Assembly (NCBI GenBank): GCA_964565265.1
Contig: CAZMEC010000006.1
Span: forward strand, 1 to 38,322
DNA: 38,322 bases
Reading direction: 5' to 3'
From: an uncultured Myxococcales bacterium
Lineage (GTDB): Bacteria; Myxococcota_A; UBA9042; CAIXZC01
Shown here: positions 1 to 9,883 of the stretch, in pieces
How positions within the stretch are numbered: the first letter of the stretch is position 1
How the letters are laid out: every line of letters begins with the position of its first letter
The notes under the pieces: model-generated
The model's database searches: none
Seen by the model: only the letters and a program-made list of their open reading frames with translations
Told to the model about the DNA's origin: nothing
Position numbers and translations under genes: made by a program

Positions 1-65
1 ATCCGGCACCCTCATCCGGCACCCTCATCCGGCCCTTCGGGCCACCTTCCCCCACAGGGGGAAGG
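1..65. repeat. 13-bp tandem repeat followed by a double-hairpin REP-like element
   Basis: ATCCGGCACCCTC at 1-13 and 14-26, plus a partial third copy; then hairpins GGCCC-TTC-GGGCC (31-43) and CCTTCCCCC-ACA-GGGGGAAGG (45-65). Confidence 0.8.
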
Positions 66-148
66 GTATTTGGTAGGGGACATTTGGCACCCCGGAGGTA
101 GGTTACGGCTTGCGGTGGGGTGCGACGGGGCGGCAGGTGACGCCGGCT

Positions 149-312
149 GGGCCGGGGCGAGGGGTGGCGCTTCGGAGGCAGCCTCCGCACGCCGCCTTCC
201 TCTGAAAAGGGGGGTGTGTGCGGCGTGCGGCGGCTAGGCTCAAGAGGGGGGAACAATCCCCCCGGCCGCCGGCTCTCCGGGGCGCTACCCCCGGCCCGGC
301 CCCTGGGAAAAG
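149..312 (+). repeat. 164-bp structured dispersed repeat, copy 1
   Basis: Collinear with 20282-20445. Nested inverted repeats: 161-177/275-291, 185-195/220-230, 246-252/257-263. Confidence 0.9.
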
Positions 313-359
313 TGTGGGCACCGGTTCTTGAGCGCGTTAGGAACCGACCCCACTGCGCC

Positions 360-1277
360 CTAGGCGTTCAGCACCAGCGTTGCCCCTGCCGCCACCAGGG
401 CCCGGCGCACTGCTGGCAGGCGCTCTGGGGGCGCCATCACCACCACTGAGCCGCCGATACCGCCGCCCGTCAGTTTGGCCCCCCAGGCCCCCGCCGCCAA
501 CGCCGCCAGCCGCAGCCGCTCCACCTCGGTACTTGAAAGCCCCAGGCCGGCCAACAGCACATGATTGTCGTTGAACAGCATCCCGGCCTCCCGCCAGGCC
601 CCGGAGCGCAGCGCACTGGCACCCTGGAGGGCCACCGTCTGGGCCGTGTTGGTGAAGGCCGCCAACATCTTCCGGCCCCGCTCCGTGGAGGCCGTGTCCC
701 GGACCATCTTCACCGCCGCCCCCGTGTCCCCCTTGACGCCCGTGCAGGCCACCAGCATGGGCAGGCCAGCGGGGATGTCGAGGAACCCGGCCCGGGGCTC
801 GGGCTCGAGGTCATTGAACACGGAAGCCCCTTGCAGATAGACCGGTTGGCCAAAACCAATGGTCGAGGCGTCAATTCCGCTGGGCGTCCCGTGGAACAGC
901 TTCTCCAGTTCGTTGGCCCCCTGGACCACCTCATCCTCGTCCTCCGGCGCCCCCAGGTAGGCCCCCACCAGCCGCACCAGGGCCACGCACAAAGCGGCGC
1001 TGCCACCCAGCCCCTCCCCGGGAGGGAAGTCCGCCTCACAGGCCACCCGGAAGCCCTCCGGCACCTTGCGTTTGCCAAACAACCTGAAGGCCCTGGTCAA
1101 CAACTTCTGGGCCCGCTCGGGCTCCAGCACCTCCAGGCCCGTCTCCCCCTCCGTGAGGGTCAGCCGCAGCTTGACACCGGGCAGGGGCAACGCCACCGCC
1201 AGGCCTCCCCAAAGCACGAAGTGCTCCCCGAAGGCAATTACCTTGGCACAGGCCTCTGACTGGATTCTTCCGTTCAT
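360..1277 (-). CDS. mvk: Mevalonate kinase (GHMP kinase family)
   Basis: KVIAFGEHFV, PPGEGLGGSAA, GTPSGIDA and GAKLTGGGIGG motifs; 4-bp overlap with the HMG-CoA reductase gene. Confidence 0.85.
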   Translation of the reverse strand: MNGRIQSEACAKVIAFGEHFVLWGGLAVALPLPGVKLRLTLTEGETGLEVLEPERAQKLLTRAFRLFGKRKVPEGFRVACEADFPPGEGLGGSAALCVALVRLVGAYLGAPEDEDEVVQGANELEKLFHGTPSGIDASTIGFGQPVYLQGASVFNDLEPEPRAGFLDIPAGLPMLVACTGVKGDTGAAVKMVRDTASTERGRKMLAAFTNTAQTVALQGASALRSGAWREAGMLFNDNHVLLAGLGLSSTEVERLRLAALAAGAWGAKLTGGGIGGSVVVMAPPERLPAVRRALVAAGATLVLNA

Positions 1278-2431
1278 GATTCGCCCTGACCCCTTCCACG
1301 CCGGGCATGAAGCTCGCCGTGTCCCTTCACGATTCCCTCAGTCACCAGGGTCTGCAAAGCCGCCAGGTTCTGGGCCAGACCCACAGCCACGACCAGCTCT
1401 TCCAGATCCGAGGCCTTCACGACCCCCGCCAGCCGGGCCAGAATCGACCCGGGCGGCGCTTCCAGGCCAACCCCCACGACGCCCACCGCAAGAGGCATGG
1501 CCAGTTGGCCCACCAATTCCCCGTCCTGCACCCGCCAGCGGGGCAGCAGGGCCGGGGCTTCGACCTGGGCCGTCGAGAGCAACGCCGCAGCCACAGCCCG
1601 GTCGTCCTGACCAAAGGCCCGCAGCACAGCAAAGGCTCCGTTCAGCGCCCCCTTGAGGTGGGTGGGCCACCTGCTGGCGTCCCCGAGGGCCCAGCCGCAA
1701 AGTGTCTCGATGTCCGCTCCAACCTGGGCCCCCTCCCGCCCACAGCGGCCCAGAAGTTCCAGGGACACCCTGGCCTCGGCCCTGGCCGACCGACCCAAGG
1801 GGCGATTGCTGACAATGCTGGTAACAGGCCTGCCAGGCAGGAACCGAAGCAACTCCCCGGCCAACTCGGCGGCCAGCCGATCCAGGAGATGGGCCCCCAT
1901 GGCGTCCCCCGTGTGGGCCACCAGGTCCAGGACCTGAAGCCCCGCCTCCGGGCCCGCCCGCCAGCAGAAGGACCGGAGTCCTCCCCCGGCCCCCACCAAG
2001 GAGGGATGAAGCCCGTTCAGGCGTTCGAGAAGCTCCCCCTGTCTGGGTTCGGTAAGCGCTGCAAGGTCCTGCCAGGACCCCTGCCAGGCCCACAACACCT
2101 GGCCCCCAAGCAGGCGCTCCCCGGCGGTTGCCCTCAGACCCTCGCCGCTCCGTAGCAGCACCGCGATTCTGGACGCCCCCGCCACCACCGAGGCCTCCTC
2201 GGTGACCATGGGCACCACCCGATCCCGGCCATTGATGCGGAAGTTGGGGGCAAGGGAGAGCCCCAGGGGTAGCAGCGTGCAGAGGTTCTCCAGGCGGGGT
2301 AGTGGGCCACCGCCCGTCGGGGCCAAGACCAGGCGCTCTTCCCTGGTAATAAACCCAGCCGTTTCAATGGCTTGTAGGCGCATGTCTAACGACATGCTTC
2401 CAAATCCGGGCAGTCTTGAGTTCAACGGCAT
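1274..2431 (-). CDS. mvaA: Class II HMG-CoA reductase, divergent
   Basis: SRLPGF N-terminus, VPMVTEEASVVAGAS, TGDAMGAH, THLKG, GLAQNLAAL..EGIVKGHGELHAR. Confidence 0.85.
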   Translation of the reverse strand: MPLNSRLPGFGSMSLDMRLQAIETAGFITREERLVLAPTGGGPLPRLENLCTLLPLGLSLAPNFRINGRDRVVPMVTEEASVVAGASRIAVLLRSGEGLRATAGERLLGGQVLWAWQGSWQDLAALTEPRQGELLERLNGLHPSLVGAGGGLRSFCWRAGPEAGLQVLDLVAHTGDAMGAHLLDRLAAELAGELLRFLPGRPVTSIVSNRPLGRSARAEARVSLELLGRCGREGAQVGADIETLCGWALGDASRWPTHLKGALNGAFAVLRAFGQDDRAVAAALLSTAQVEAPALLPRWRVQDGELVGQLAMPLAVGVVGVGLEAPPGSILARLAGVVKASDLEELVVAVGLAQNLAALQTLVTEGIVKGHGELHARRGRGQGES

Positions 2432-2465
2432 CGTGGGGGCTTACTCCGCCAGTTCGACCGGGGGC

Positions 2466-2493
2466 AGTATAGCGGCGGGCCGAACCTTGGCAA
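2466..2493 (-). promoter_or_regulatory. Putative sigma70 promoter for mvaA-mvk
   Basis: Minus strand TTGCCA (2493-2488), 16-nt spacer, TATACT (2471-2466), 34 nt upstream of the ATG. Confidence 0.5.
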
Positions 2494-2597
2494 AAACCGG
2501 GCTCGCCCCTAAACAAGGGCTTTATCCATGGCCCCTGGTGTGTTACCTTAGGCGCTAAGATTCTACTGGGGTGGCTCCGGGGGAGGTTGCGAGATAC

Positions 2598-4619
2598 ATG
2601 CGCGTTTTCCTCATCATTCTGGCCTTGCTGCTTGGTTCGCCGGCTTGGTCGGCCCAAGCCCCCGTCCCCACTGCCCCCGTGGAGGACGCCGCCGCCGCTT
2701 TGAGCGACTACCAGCGCCCCTCCCTGGACCAGCCCGTGTTCCTCCGACAGATCTCGGCCAAGTGGGTTGATTGCGTCCACAATTTCCGCTCCAAGAAGTA
2801 CGACGACATGTTGGTGGACCTTGGGGCCATTCGCAGCCTCAAGGCCTCCGCTGGCCTGCCCAACATGCCCCATGTGTCCAACGCCGTGGTTCGCATGGCC
2901 TTTCACATCCTCGACGGGACTGCCCAGAACCAGGCTGTGGTTCGGGATATGCTGACCGAGGCAGCTTTGATTTCCCCGGCTCACCCCGAAAGCCAGATAG
3001 CCCTCGGGCGCCTGGCCACCATCGGAGAGTTCTCCCCTGGGCTGATGATCTCTGCCTACTCGGAAAGCCTCGGCGCCACGATGTCCAACTTCCAGGGGCT
3101 TCGGGGCCTGCTGCTGAAGCACAGTTGGAACTTCATCCTGGTCTCCCTCCTAATTGCCCTGGTCTTCTGCATCACCCTGTTCGTTCGTTATGGCCGCTTC
3201 ATCGCTCATGACCTGGGGCACCTCCTGCCCAGGGGCGTGTCGGCTGGCCAAAAGTTGGCGCTGCTCGGGCTGTTGCTGGTGGTGCCCCTGATCCTGGACC
3301 TGGGCGTGCTGGTCTTTCTGCTCATCGTCATCTCCCTGTTCTGGATCTTCGCCGGCACCAACGAACGGGGCGTGGCCCTGCTGATCATCTGCAGCCTCCT
3401 TATCTGGCCCCTCGCGGTGAAGTTTGGCCGGGCAGGCCTGGCGCCCCCGGACAACCTCCAGGCGGTGCTGGCCCGCTGCAACCATGACCTGTGCTCGGAG
3501 GCCGATCAGAACCACCTTGAGAAGCAACGACTGGTCCCCGACCACTCCCTGGCGGTGGACTTCACGCTGGGCCTGACCTCCTATCGGAAGGGCGCCTTCG
3601 ATTCCATGGAAATGGACCGGGCCCAGGCCTTTCTCGCCGGCTTCCAGTCCCAGGGAGACCGGCGCCTGCGGGCCAAGGCCATGGTGCTGCTGGGCAATGT
3701 GCAGTTCTCCCAAGGCGTGGAACGCTGCACCCGTGGCGGCGAGCTTTCCTCCGGCCTGGAGTACTTCAACGACGCCAAGCGCTACTACGCCGAGGCCGCC
3801 AAGCAGGACGCCACCCTGGTCCAGCCCACCTACAACCTGGGTCGGCTCCAGGCCTACCTTGGGGATTTCAACCAAAGCGAGGACCTTTTGGGCAAGGCCA
3901 AGTCCTCGGCCCCAGCCATGGTCCAGGCCCTGGAAGAGTTCAGCCAGTTTGCTGGCCAGAAGGAATTTCTCTGCAGCAGCAAGTTCAACCACAATCGGGA
4001 ACTGCTGACCCCGGTCCTGTCCAATCGAGACCTCTACATGAGCCTCGTCAGGGAGCAGCCCCACAAGCATCTCCCCTTCCTCCATCGCCTGATCCTGGGC
4101 CCCCTGTCCGTGCCCCAGGTGGCGCTGCTGGTGCCGCCGTTGGTGTTGCTGTTGTTCGTGGCCCTCATCCCCCTGCGCCGCTTCCGCATGGCCCGCCCCT
4201 GCCTGAAGTGCGGGGCCGTGAGTTGTGCCCGCTGCAAGCCCGAGATGGGCCTCACTGGCCTCTGCCCGGACTGCCTGATCAACCGAATCCGGGGCAGCAT
4301 CGTGGACCCCCGGGACCTCTGGCAGCGCGAGCAACGAATCGAGGCCGGCAAGAAGCGCATCCGCAGCTTCAAGCGGGGCCTCACCTTCGCACTGCCCGGG
4401 GCGGGTCACTTCCTTTACGGCAAGCCGATCCACGGACTGTTCTTCATGGCCGCCTTCATCTACCCGCTGGCCATCCTGTTCCTGGACGATCCCCTGATGG
4501 TCCCCATTCCCGATCTGGGCCGGTCTTTGGGCATGCCGCTGCTGCACACCGTCAGCCTGGGGCTGGTGGCCTGCGTGGCATACCTGGTGGCCCTCATTGA
4601 CATCTACTCCAGGGATTGA
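2598..4619 (+). CDS. Membrane protein with TPR-like region, Cys-rich putative zinc-binding motif and C-terminal TM helices
   Basis: Signal peptide from ATG 2598 (GGAGG upstream); several hydrophobic helices; TPR-like YNLGRLQAYLGD; CLKCGAVSCARC..LCPDC; LPGAGHFLYGK. Confidence 0.75.
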   Translation: MRVFLIILALLLGSPAWSAQAPVPTAPVEDAAAALSDYQRPSLDQPVFLRQISAKWVDCVHNFRSKKYDDMLVDLGAIRSLKASAGLPNMPHVSNAVVRMAFHILDGTAQNQAVVRDMLTEAALISPAHPESQIALGRLATIGEFSPGLMISAYSESLGATMSNFQGLRGLLLKHSWNFILVSLLIALVFCITLFVRYGRFIAHDLGHLLPRGVSAGQKLALLGLLLVVPLILDLGVLVFLLIVISLFWIFAGTNERGVALLIICSLLIWPLAVKFGRAGLAPPDNLQAVLARCNHDLCSEADQNHLEKQRLVPDHSLAVDFTLGLTSYRKGAFDSMEMDRAQAFLAGFQSQGDRRLRAKAMVLLGNVQFSQGVERCTRGGELSSGLEYFNDAKRYYAEAAKQDATLVQPTYNLGRLQAYLGDFNQSEDLLGKAKSSAPAMVQALEEFSQFAGQKEFLCSSKFNHNRELLTPVLSNRDLYMSLVREQPHKHLPFLHRLILGPLSVPQVALLVPPLVLLLFVALIPLRRFRMARPCLKCGAVSCARCKPEMGLTGLCPDCLINRIRGSIVDPRDLWQREQRIEAGKKRIRSFKRGLTFALPGAGHFLYGKPIHGLFFMAAFIYPLAILFLDDPLMVPIPDLGRSLGMPLLHTVSLGLVACVAYLVALIDIYSRD

Positions 4620-4627
4620 GGGGGACC

Positions 4628-5743
4628 ATGCCGGACAACAGCCAGACCAGCTTCGGAGCCATCCTCAAGAAGATGTTCAGTGAATGTCGGACGGGCCGGC
4701 TCCTCATCGAAAGCTCCGAGGGCAAGGTCGTGGTCCATGTGGACCAGGGCAAGGTGGTGCGCGTCGAGGGTGGGTCTGAGGGCGAGTGGCTGGCCGGCGA
4801 GTACCTTGTGGGCACGGGGATCCTGTCCGCCGCCCGGATGCGCAAGGCCCTCAAGATTGGCCGGGCAAGGGGCATTGCCCCCGAACTGGTGGTCCTGTCC
4901 CGGGGCTGGGTCTCCAAAGAAACCCTCTCCCGTTGGATTGAGTCCCAGGCCCGCCAGACCATCCTCCCTCTGTTCTCCCAGGTGGGCATCATGGTGCGCT
5001 TCCTCACCCAGGAGCCCAACCCCAACCCCCTCATGCCTCCCATTCCCATTCCCATGCTGCTTCGTGATGGCGTGAAGCGTGTGGCGGAGTGGCCGGCGAT
5101 CCTCAAGCGCATCAGCAACTTCAACATGGTCTATGCCCGGGATGAAGCCGCCAACTCAGCCTTCCCCAGCCAGGACGATCAGGGCCTCAAGGACAGCGAC
5201 AGCGGGCTTGGTCCCAACGAGCGCATCGTCCACTACTTCATTGACGGCCATCGCAATGTGAAGGATCTGGCCAGGATCTCCGGGCTTGACCTCTTCTTCG
5301 TGGCCCGGGCGCTGTTCCGCCTGGAGGCCCGCTTCATGATCAAGGCGGTGGGCAAGAAGGACTCCCTGGCCATCAACGAGTTGACCGTGGTGCCCTACAT
5401 TTTCCGGGCCCTCATCGGCGCCTGCATCCTGGTGGCCATCGCGGCCATTGCCATCTACGAGCCCGGCCCCGTGAAGCTCTTGACCGGCAAGGACACCATC
5501 AACCTCAACACCTTCACCCGGGCCCGCGCCAAGGCCACCAAGGCCGTATTACAGGAGTGCATTGAAGATGACTACCTGCTGCGAGGCCAGGTCCCCCTGT
5601 CTTTGACTGATCTTTCCTGCATGCGAGACAGGGATCCCAGGCTGCTGGCCCCCTTCGAGTTCTCGGTCCTCCCCGAGCAGGGCTTCAGACTGGAGCTCAA
5701 GGCCCCCGTGGGCATCCCGGGGTCACCCAAGAAAAGGCTGTGA
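4628..5743 (+). CDS. DUF4388-like domain membrane protein
   Basis: ILKKMFSECRTGRLLIES..VVVHVDQGKVVRV, LAGEYLVGTGILS, winged-helix-like IDGHRNVKDLARISGL, one TM helix. Confidence 0.7.
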   Translation: MPDNSQTSFGAILKKMFSECRTGRLLIESSEGKVVVHVDQGKVVRVEGGSEGEWLAGEYLVGTGILSAARMRKALKIGRARGIAPELVVLSRGWVSKETLSRWIESQARQTILPLFSQVGIMVRFLTQEPNPNPLMPPIPIPMLLRDGVKRVAEWPAILKRISNFNMVYARDEAANSAFPSQDDQGLKDSDSGLGPNERIVHYFIDGHRNVKDLARISGLDLFFVARALFRLEARFMIKAVGKKDSLAINELTVVPYIFRALIGACILVAIAAIAIYEPGPVKLLTGKDTINLNTFTRARAKATKAVLQECIEDDYLLRGQVPLSLTDLSCMRDRDPRLLAPFEFSVLPEQGFRLELKAPVGIPGSPKKRL

Positions 5744-6721
5744 ATGGACGAGTGCCGCCGTACCATCAGCTTCGACGATCCCTTTTTGCTGAACCAGCTT
5801 GCGGGGCCCTCCGAGGAATACTTCAAGGAACTTGAACGGCTCACCACCACCAGCATCTTTTCCAAGGGCAATGAGGTCCAGATAAGTGGCCTGGACCACG
5901 ATGTCTCCCTGGCCTTCCGAACCCTGGCCGGGCTCTACGAGGTCCTGGGCCGGGGCCTCCCCATGGGCCTGGAGGATCTGCGCCGGGCTGTGGACATTCT
6001 GGCCGCTGACGAGACCCTGGCCCTGGGCGAGGTGCTGTTGGATCAGGTCCAGATTCTCTCCACCAAGCGCACCATCTCCCCCAAGAGCCTGAACCAGAAG
6101 CGCTACCTGGACGCCATCCGCGAGCACGCCGTCGTCTTTGGCATCGGCCCCGCCGGCACGGGCAAGACCTACCTTGCCATGGCCATGGCCGTAAGCTGGC
6201 TGCTGGCCAAGAAGTGCAAGCGCATCGTGCTGGCCCGCCCCGCCGTGGAGGCCGGCGAAAAGCTTGGCTTCCTGCCCGGGGACATCGCCGAGAAGGTCAA
6301 CCCCTACCTGCGCCCCCTCTACGATGCCCTGAACGACATGTTGGACTTCGACAAGTCCCGCCGCCTCATGGAGCAGGGCACCATTGAGATTGCCCCCCTG
6401 GCCTTCATGCGGGGTCGCACCCTGAACGACAGCTTCGTCATCCTGGACGAGGCCCAGAACACCACTCCCCAACAGATGAAGATGTTCCTGACGCGCCTTG
6501 GATTCCGCTCCAAGGCGGTCATCACCGGCGATGTCACCCAGGTGGATCTAGCCCACGGAATGGTCAGCGGCCTTGTTCACGCCGAGACCATCCTGGCCTC
6601 AACCCCTGGCCTCTCCTTTTGTCGTTTTTCGAAGGACGATGTGGTGCGGCATCCCATCGTGGCCCGAATCATCGAGGCCTACGAGAAGGACGCTCTGTCC
6701 GGGAACCGTGAGGGTCACTGA
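5744..6721 (+). CDS. phoH: PhoH/YbeZ family ATPase
   Basis: GPAGTGKT Walker [44 protein letters not shown]. Confidence 0.95.
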   Translation: MDECRRTISFDDPFLLNQLAGPSEEYFKELERLTTTSIFSKGNEVQISGLDHDVSLAFRTLAGLYEVLGRGLPMGLEDLRRAVDILAADETLALGEVLLDQVQILSTKRTISPKSLNQKRYLDAIREHAVVFGIGPAGTGKTYLAMAMAVSWLLAKKCKRIVLARPAVEAGEKLGFLPGDIAEKVNPYLRPLYDALNDMLDFDKSRRLMEQGTIEIAPLAFMRGRTLNDSFVILDEAQNTTPQQMKMFLTRLGFRSKAVITGDVTQVDLAHGMVSGLVHAETILASTPGLSFCRFSKDDVVRHPIVARIIEAYEKDALSGNREGH

Positions 6722-6769
6722 CGGTCGGTGACCTGGCGGAGCCGCGCCCTTTTCATAGGGAGGCGTGCT

Positions 6770-7456
6770 ATGGTGCATCAGTTCCTGATTCTCGGACAGA
6801 GTTCCATGATGGATCCGGTGGACCGCCTGATGAAGTTCAGCGAGGTCTACGGCGCCAACCTGCTGGCCACGGTGGCCCTGCTGCTGGTGGGCTGGATCCT
6901 GGCCCGGGTGGGCAAGGTCCTGGTCGAGCGGCTGCTCCGGCTCATCAAGCTTGATTGGCTCTCCGAAAAATCCGGCGTCGAGAAGGTCCTCAAGACTGGC
7001 GTGCGGCACGGCATCGTGGAGATTATCGGCCACCTGACTTACTGGATTGTCCTCATCCTCATGGTGGTGGGCATCCTCAACATCTGGGACATTGAACTGG
7101 GCCTCTCCGCCCAACTGCTGCCCCTGCTGCCCAAGATCATCCTGGCCCTGGTGGTCCTCATTGGCGGCCTCTACCTGGCCTCCCTGGTGGGGAACATCGT
7201 GGCCTCAGCAGCGGCCCGCAGCAAGCTTCTGGGCACCCCCGTGTTGGGCTCCGTGGTTCGTTGGATCCTGATCGTCTTTGTAGCCCTGGCAGCCCTCAAT
7301 ATCCTGGGCGTCGAGGCCGCCGTGGTCAGCAACACCTTCCTCATCATCCTGGCTTCCGTGGGCCTGACCGCTGCCCTGGCCATTGGCCTGGGCCTGCGCC
7401 CCATCGTGGAGGAGCGCCTCCGGGCCTACCTCAAGTCCCTGGACCAGAAGGACTGA
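6770..7456 (+). CDS. CmpX-like / MscS-associated conserved TM-helix protein
   Basis: Two NLLATVALLLVGWILA / PKIILALVVLIGGLYLA units and C-terminal LTAALAIGLG; RBS GGGAGG at 6758-6763. Confidence 0.7.
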   Translation: MVHQFLILGQSSMMDPVDRLMKFSEVYGANLLATVALLLVGWILARVGKVLVERLLRLIKLDWLSEKSGVEKVLKTGVRHGIVEIIGHLTYWIVLILMVVGILNIWDIELGLSAQLLPLLPKIILALVVLIGGLYLASLVGNIVASAAARSKLLGTPVLGSVVRWILIVFVALAALNILGVEAAVVSNTFLIILASVGLTAALAIGLGLRPIVEERLRAYLKSLDQKD

Positions 7457-7486
7457 TACGCCCTCCCCCGCGCCCCCCACCCAAGC

Positions 7487-9829
7487 CTACAGTTCCCACT
7501 TCCAGTCCCGGATCTCGGGAAGGTCCTCCCCCATCTCCTCGATGAAGGCCTTGTGCTGCAACAACAGGGCCTTGAGCCGGTGCCGCAGATGGGCTGTGGT
7601 GGCGGCCAGCCCCTCCACCCGGTCCAGCACATCAATGGCCAGATGGTAGCGGTCGTTGTCGTTCAGGACGCACATATCGAAGGGCGTGGTGATGGTGCCC
7701 TCTTCCTTGTAGCCCCGCACATGAATGCGCTGGTTGGCCCGGCGGTAGACCAGCCGGTGAATCAGCCAGGGATAGCCATGGAAGGAGAAGATGACCGGCC
7801 GGTTGGTGGTGAACATGGCATCAAAATCCCGGTCCGAGAGGCCGTGGGGGTGCTCGGTCGGGGGCTGGAGGGTCATGAGGTTCACCACATTGACCACGCG
7901 AATCTTGAGGTCCGGCAGTTCCCGCCGCAGGAACTGCACTGCCGCCAGGGTCTCCACCGTGGGGATGTCGCCGCAGCAGGCCATGACCACATCCGGCTCC
8001 CCGCCCTGATCATTGCAGGCAAAGGGCCAGATTCCGGCCCCAGCGGCGCAGTGGCGGACCGCCTCGTCCATGGGCAACCACTGCACCTCGTTGTGCTTTC
8101 CAGCAACGATGACATTCACATAGTGGCGGCTTCGCAGACAGTGATCCGCCACGGATAAAAGCGTGTTGGCGTCCGGCGGCAGGTAGACCCGCACAACCTC
8201 TGCCTTCTTGTTCACCACATGGTCCAGGAAGCCCGGATCCTGATGGGAGAAGCCGTTGTGATCCTGCCGCCAGACATGGGAGCTGAGCAGGTAATTCAGG
8301 GACGCGATGGGCCGCCGCCAGGGGATGTGGCGGGTGGTCTTGAGCCACTTGGCGTGTTGATTGAACATGGAGTCCACGATGTGAATGAATGCCTCGTAGG
8401 AGGAGAAGAAACCGTGCCTGCCGGTCAGCAGGTATCCCTCCAGCCAACCCTGGCAGAGGTGTTCGGACAGGACCTCCAGAACCCGCCCATCGGGCCCCAC
8501 GCTCTCGTCGTCAGCCTCAATCCGGCCGTTGAAGCGTCGGTCCGTGACCTCGAACAGGTCGCCCAGCCGATTGGAGGCCGTCTCGTCTGGCCCGAAGACC
8601 CGGAAGTTGGCACCCAGCAGGTTGGCCCTCATCACCTCGCGCAGGAAGGTCCCCAGCACCCGGGTACACTCGGCCCGCACCTGCCCACGCTGCTCGACCT
8701 TCACGGCGAACTGTCGGAAGTCGGGCATCTTGAGGTCCCTCAGCAGCACCCCGCCGTTGGTGTGAGGGTTGGCCCCCATTCGACGCTCCCCCTTGGGCGA
8801 CAGGGCCGCTAACTCCGGGCGAAGGTCGCCGGACTGCGTGAACAGCTCCTCGGGGCGATAGCTGCGCATCCAGGCCTCAAGCTGGGCCAGGTGGGCAGGG
8901 TTTTCGCGAACCCCCGCCAGGGGCACCTGGTGGCTTCGGAAGCTGCCCTCAACCTTCTTGCCGTCCACCACCGCGGGCCCCGTCCAGCCCTTGGGGGTGC
9001 GAAGAATCAGCATGGGCCAGCGGGCCCGGCCCTGGAGGGTGCCCTGCCGCGCGGAGGCCTTGATCTGCTGAATAATCTCCAGGGCCTGGTCCATGGCCGC
9101 CGCCATCTTGCGGTGCATGTCCATGGGCTCCTTGCCCTCCACCAGAATCGGCTGGTGCCCGTAGCCCCGCATCAGGTCCTGCAGCTCGCCGGGTTCCAGG
9201 CGATCCAGCACCGTGGGGTTGGCAATCTTGAACCCGTTGAGGTGCAGCACCGGCAGCACCACCCCATCCGTCACCGGATTGATGAACTTGTTGGAGTGCC
9301 AACTGGCAGCCAGAGGTCCCGTCTCTGCCTCCCCATCGCCCACCACGCAACAGACCAGCAGGTCCGGGTTGTCAAAGGCCGCCCCATAGGCGTGCAGCAG
9401 GGAATAGCCAAGCTCGCCACCCTCATGGATGCTCCCGGGGGTTTCGGGGGCCACATGACTGGGTATGCCCCCGGGGAAGGAGAACTGCCGAAACAGCGCC
9501 TTCATGCCGGCCTCGTCCCTGGAGATGTTGGGGTACAACTCACTGTAACGCCCCTCCAGCCAGGTCTGGGCCACGGGGGAGGGCCCACCATGCCCCGGCC
9601 CGGCAATGAAGATGGCGTCCAGATCGTGGCGCAGGATCAGCCGGTTCATGTGGGTGTAGATGAAGTTCAGGCCCGGCGTGGTGCCCCAGTGGCCAAGGAG
9701 CCGGGACTTCACATCCTCCTTCGCCAGGGGCCTGCGCAGCAGAGGATTGTCGCAAAGATAGATTTGACCAACGGAGAGGTAGTTGGACGCACGAAACCAG
9801 GCATCCAGCAGATCGAAGTTCTCAGTCAT
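7487..9829 (-). CDS. xfp: Phosphoketolase (xylulose-5-P/fructose-6-P)
   Basis: [26 protein letters not shown] motif [33 protein letters not shown]. Confidence 0.97.
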   Translation of the reverse strand: MTENFDLLDAWFRASNYLSVGQIYLCDNPLLRRPLAKEDVKSRLLGHWGTTPGLNFIYTHMNRLILRHDLDAIFIAGPGHGGPSPVAQTWLEGRYSELYPNISRDEAGMKALFRQFSFPGGIPSHVAPETPGSIHEGGELGYSLLHAYGAAFDNPDLLVCCVVGDGEAETGPLAASWHSNKFINPVTDGVVLPVLHLNGFKIANPTVLDRLEPGELQDLMRGYGHQPILVEGKEPMDMHRKMAAAMDQALEIIQQIKASARQGTLQGRARWPMLILRTPKGWTGPAVVDGKKVEGSFRSHQVPLAGVRENPAHLAQLEAWMRSYRPEELFTQSGDLRPELAALSPKGERRMGANPHTNGGVLLRDLKMPDFRQFAVKVEQRGQVRAECTRVLGTFLREVMRANLLGANFRVFGPDETASNRLGDLFEVTDRRFNGRIEADDESVGPDGRVLEVLSEHLCQGWLEGYLLTGRHGFFSSYEAFIHIVDSMFNQHAKWLKTTRHIPWRRPIASLNYLLSSHVWRQDHNGFSHQDPGFLDHVVNKKAEVVRVYLPPDANTLLSVADHCLRSRHYVNVIVAGKHNEVQWLPMDEAVRHCAAGAGIWPFACNDQGGEPDVVMACCGDIPTVETLAAVQFLRRELPDLKIRVVNVVNLMTLQPPTEHPHGLSDRDFDAMFTTNRPVIFSFHGYPWLIHRLVYRRANQRIHVRGYKEEGTITTPFDMCVLNDNDRYHLAIDVLDRVEGLAATTAHLRHRLKALLLQHKAFIEEMGEDLPEIRDWKWEL

Positions 9830-9883
9830 GGGGCCTCCAGAGAATACGCACCTCTGAACACTTGGCCCACATCGGGGCCGCTG

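Noticed and set aside
149-312. Structured repeat as tRNA, SRP RNA, 6S RNA or riboswitch
   Set aside because: No T-loop/anticodon cloverleaf, SRP domain IV or recognisable aptamer motif; it lies downstream rather than upstream of genes
103-449. Short ORFs 103-321 and 216-449, and the similar 20349-20627
   Set aside because: They are translations of the 164-bp repeat; their similarity comes from the DNA repeat, and they lack RBS and coding bias
7487-9829. Phosphoketolase as a novelty
   Set aside because: Canonical, highly conserved xfp with no unusual features
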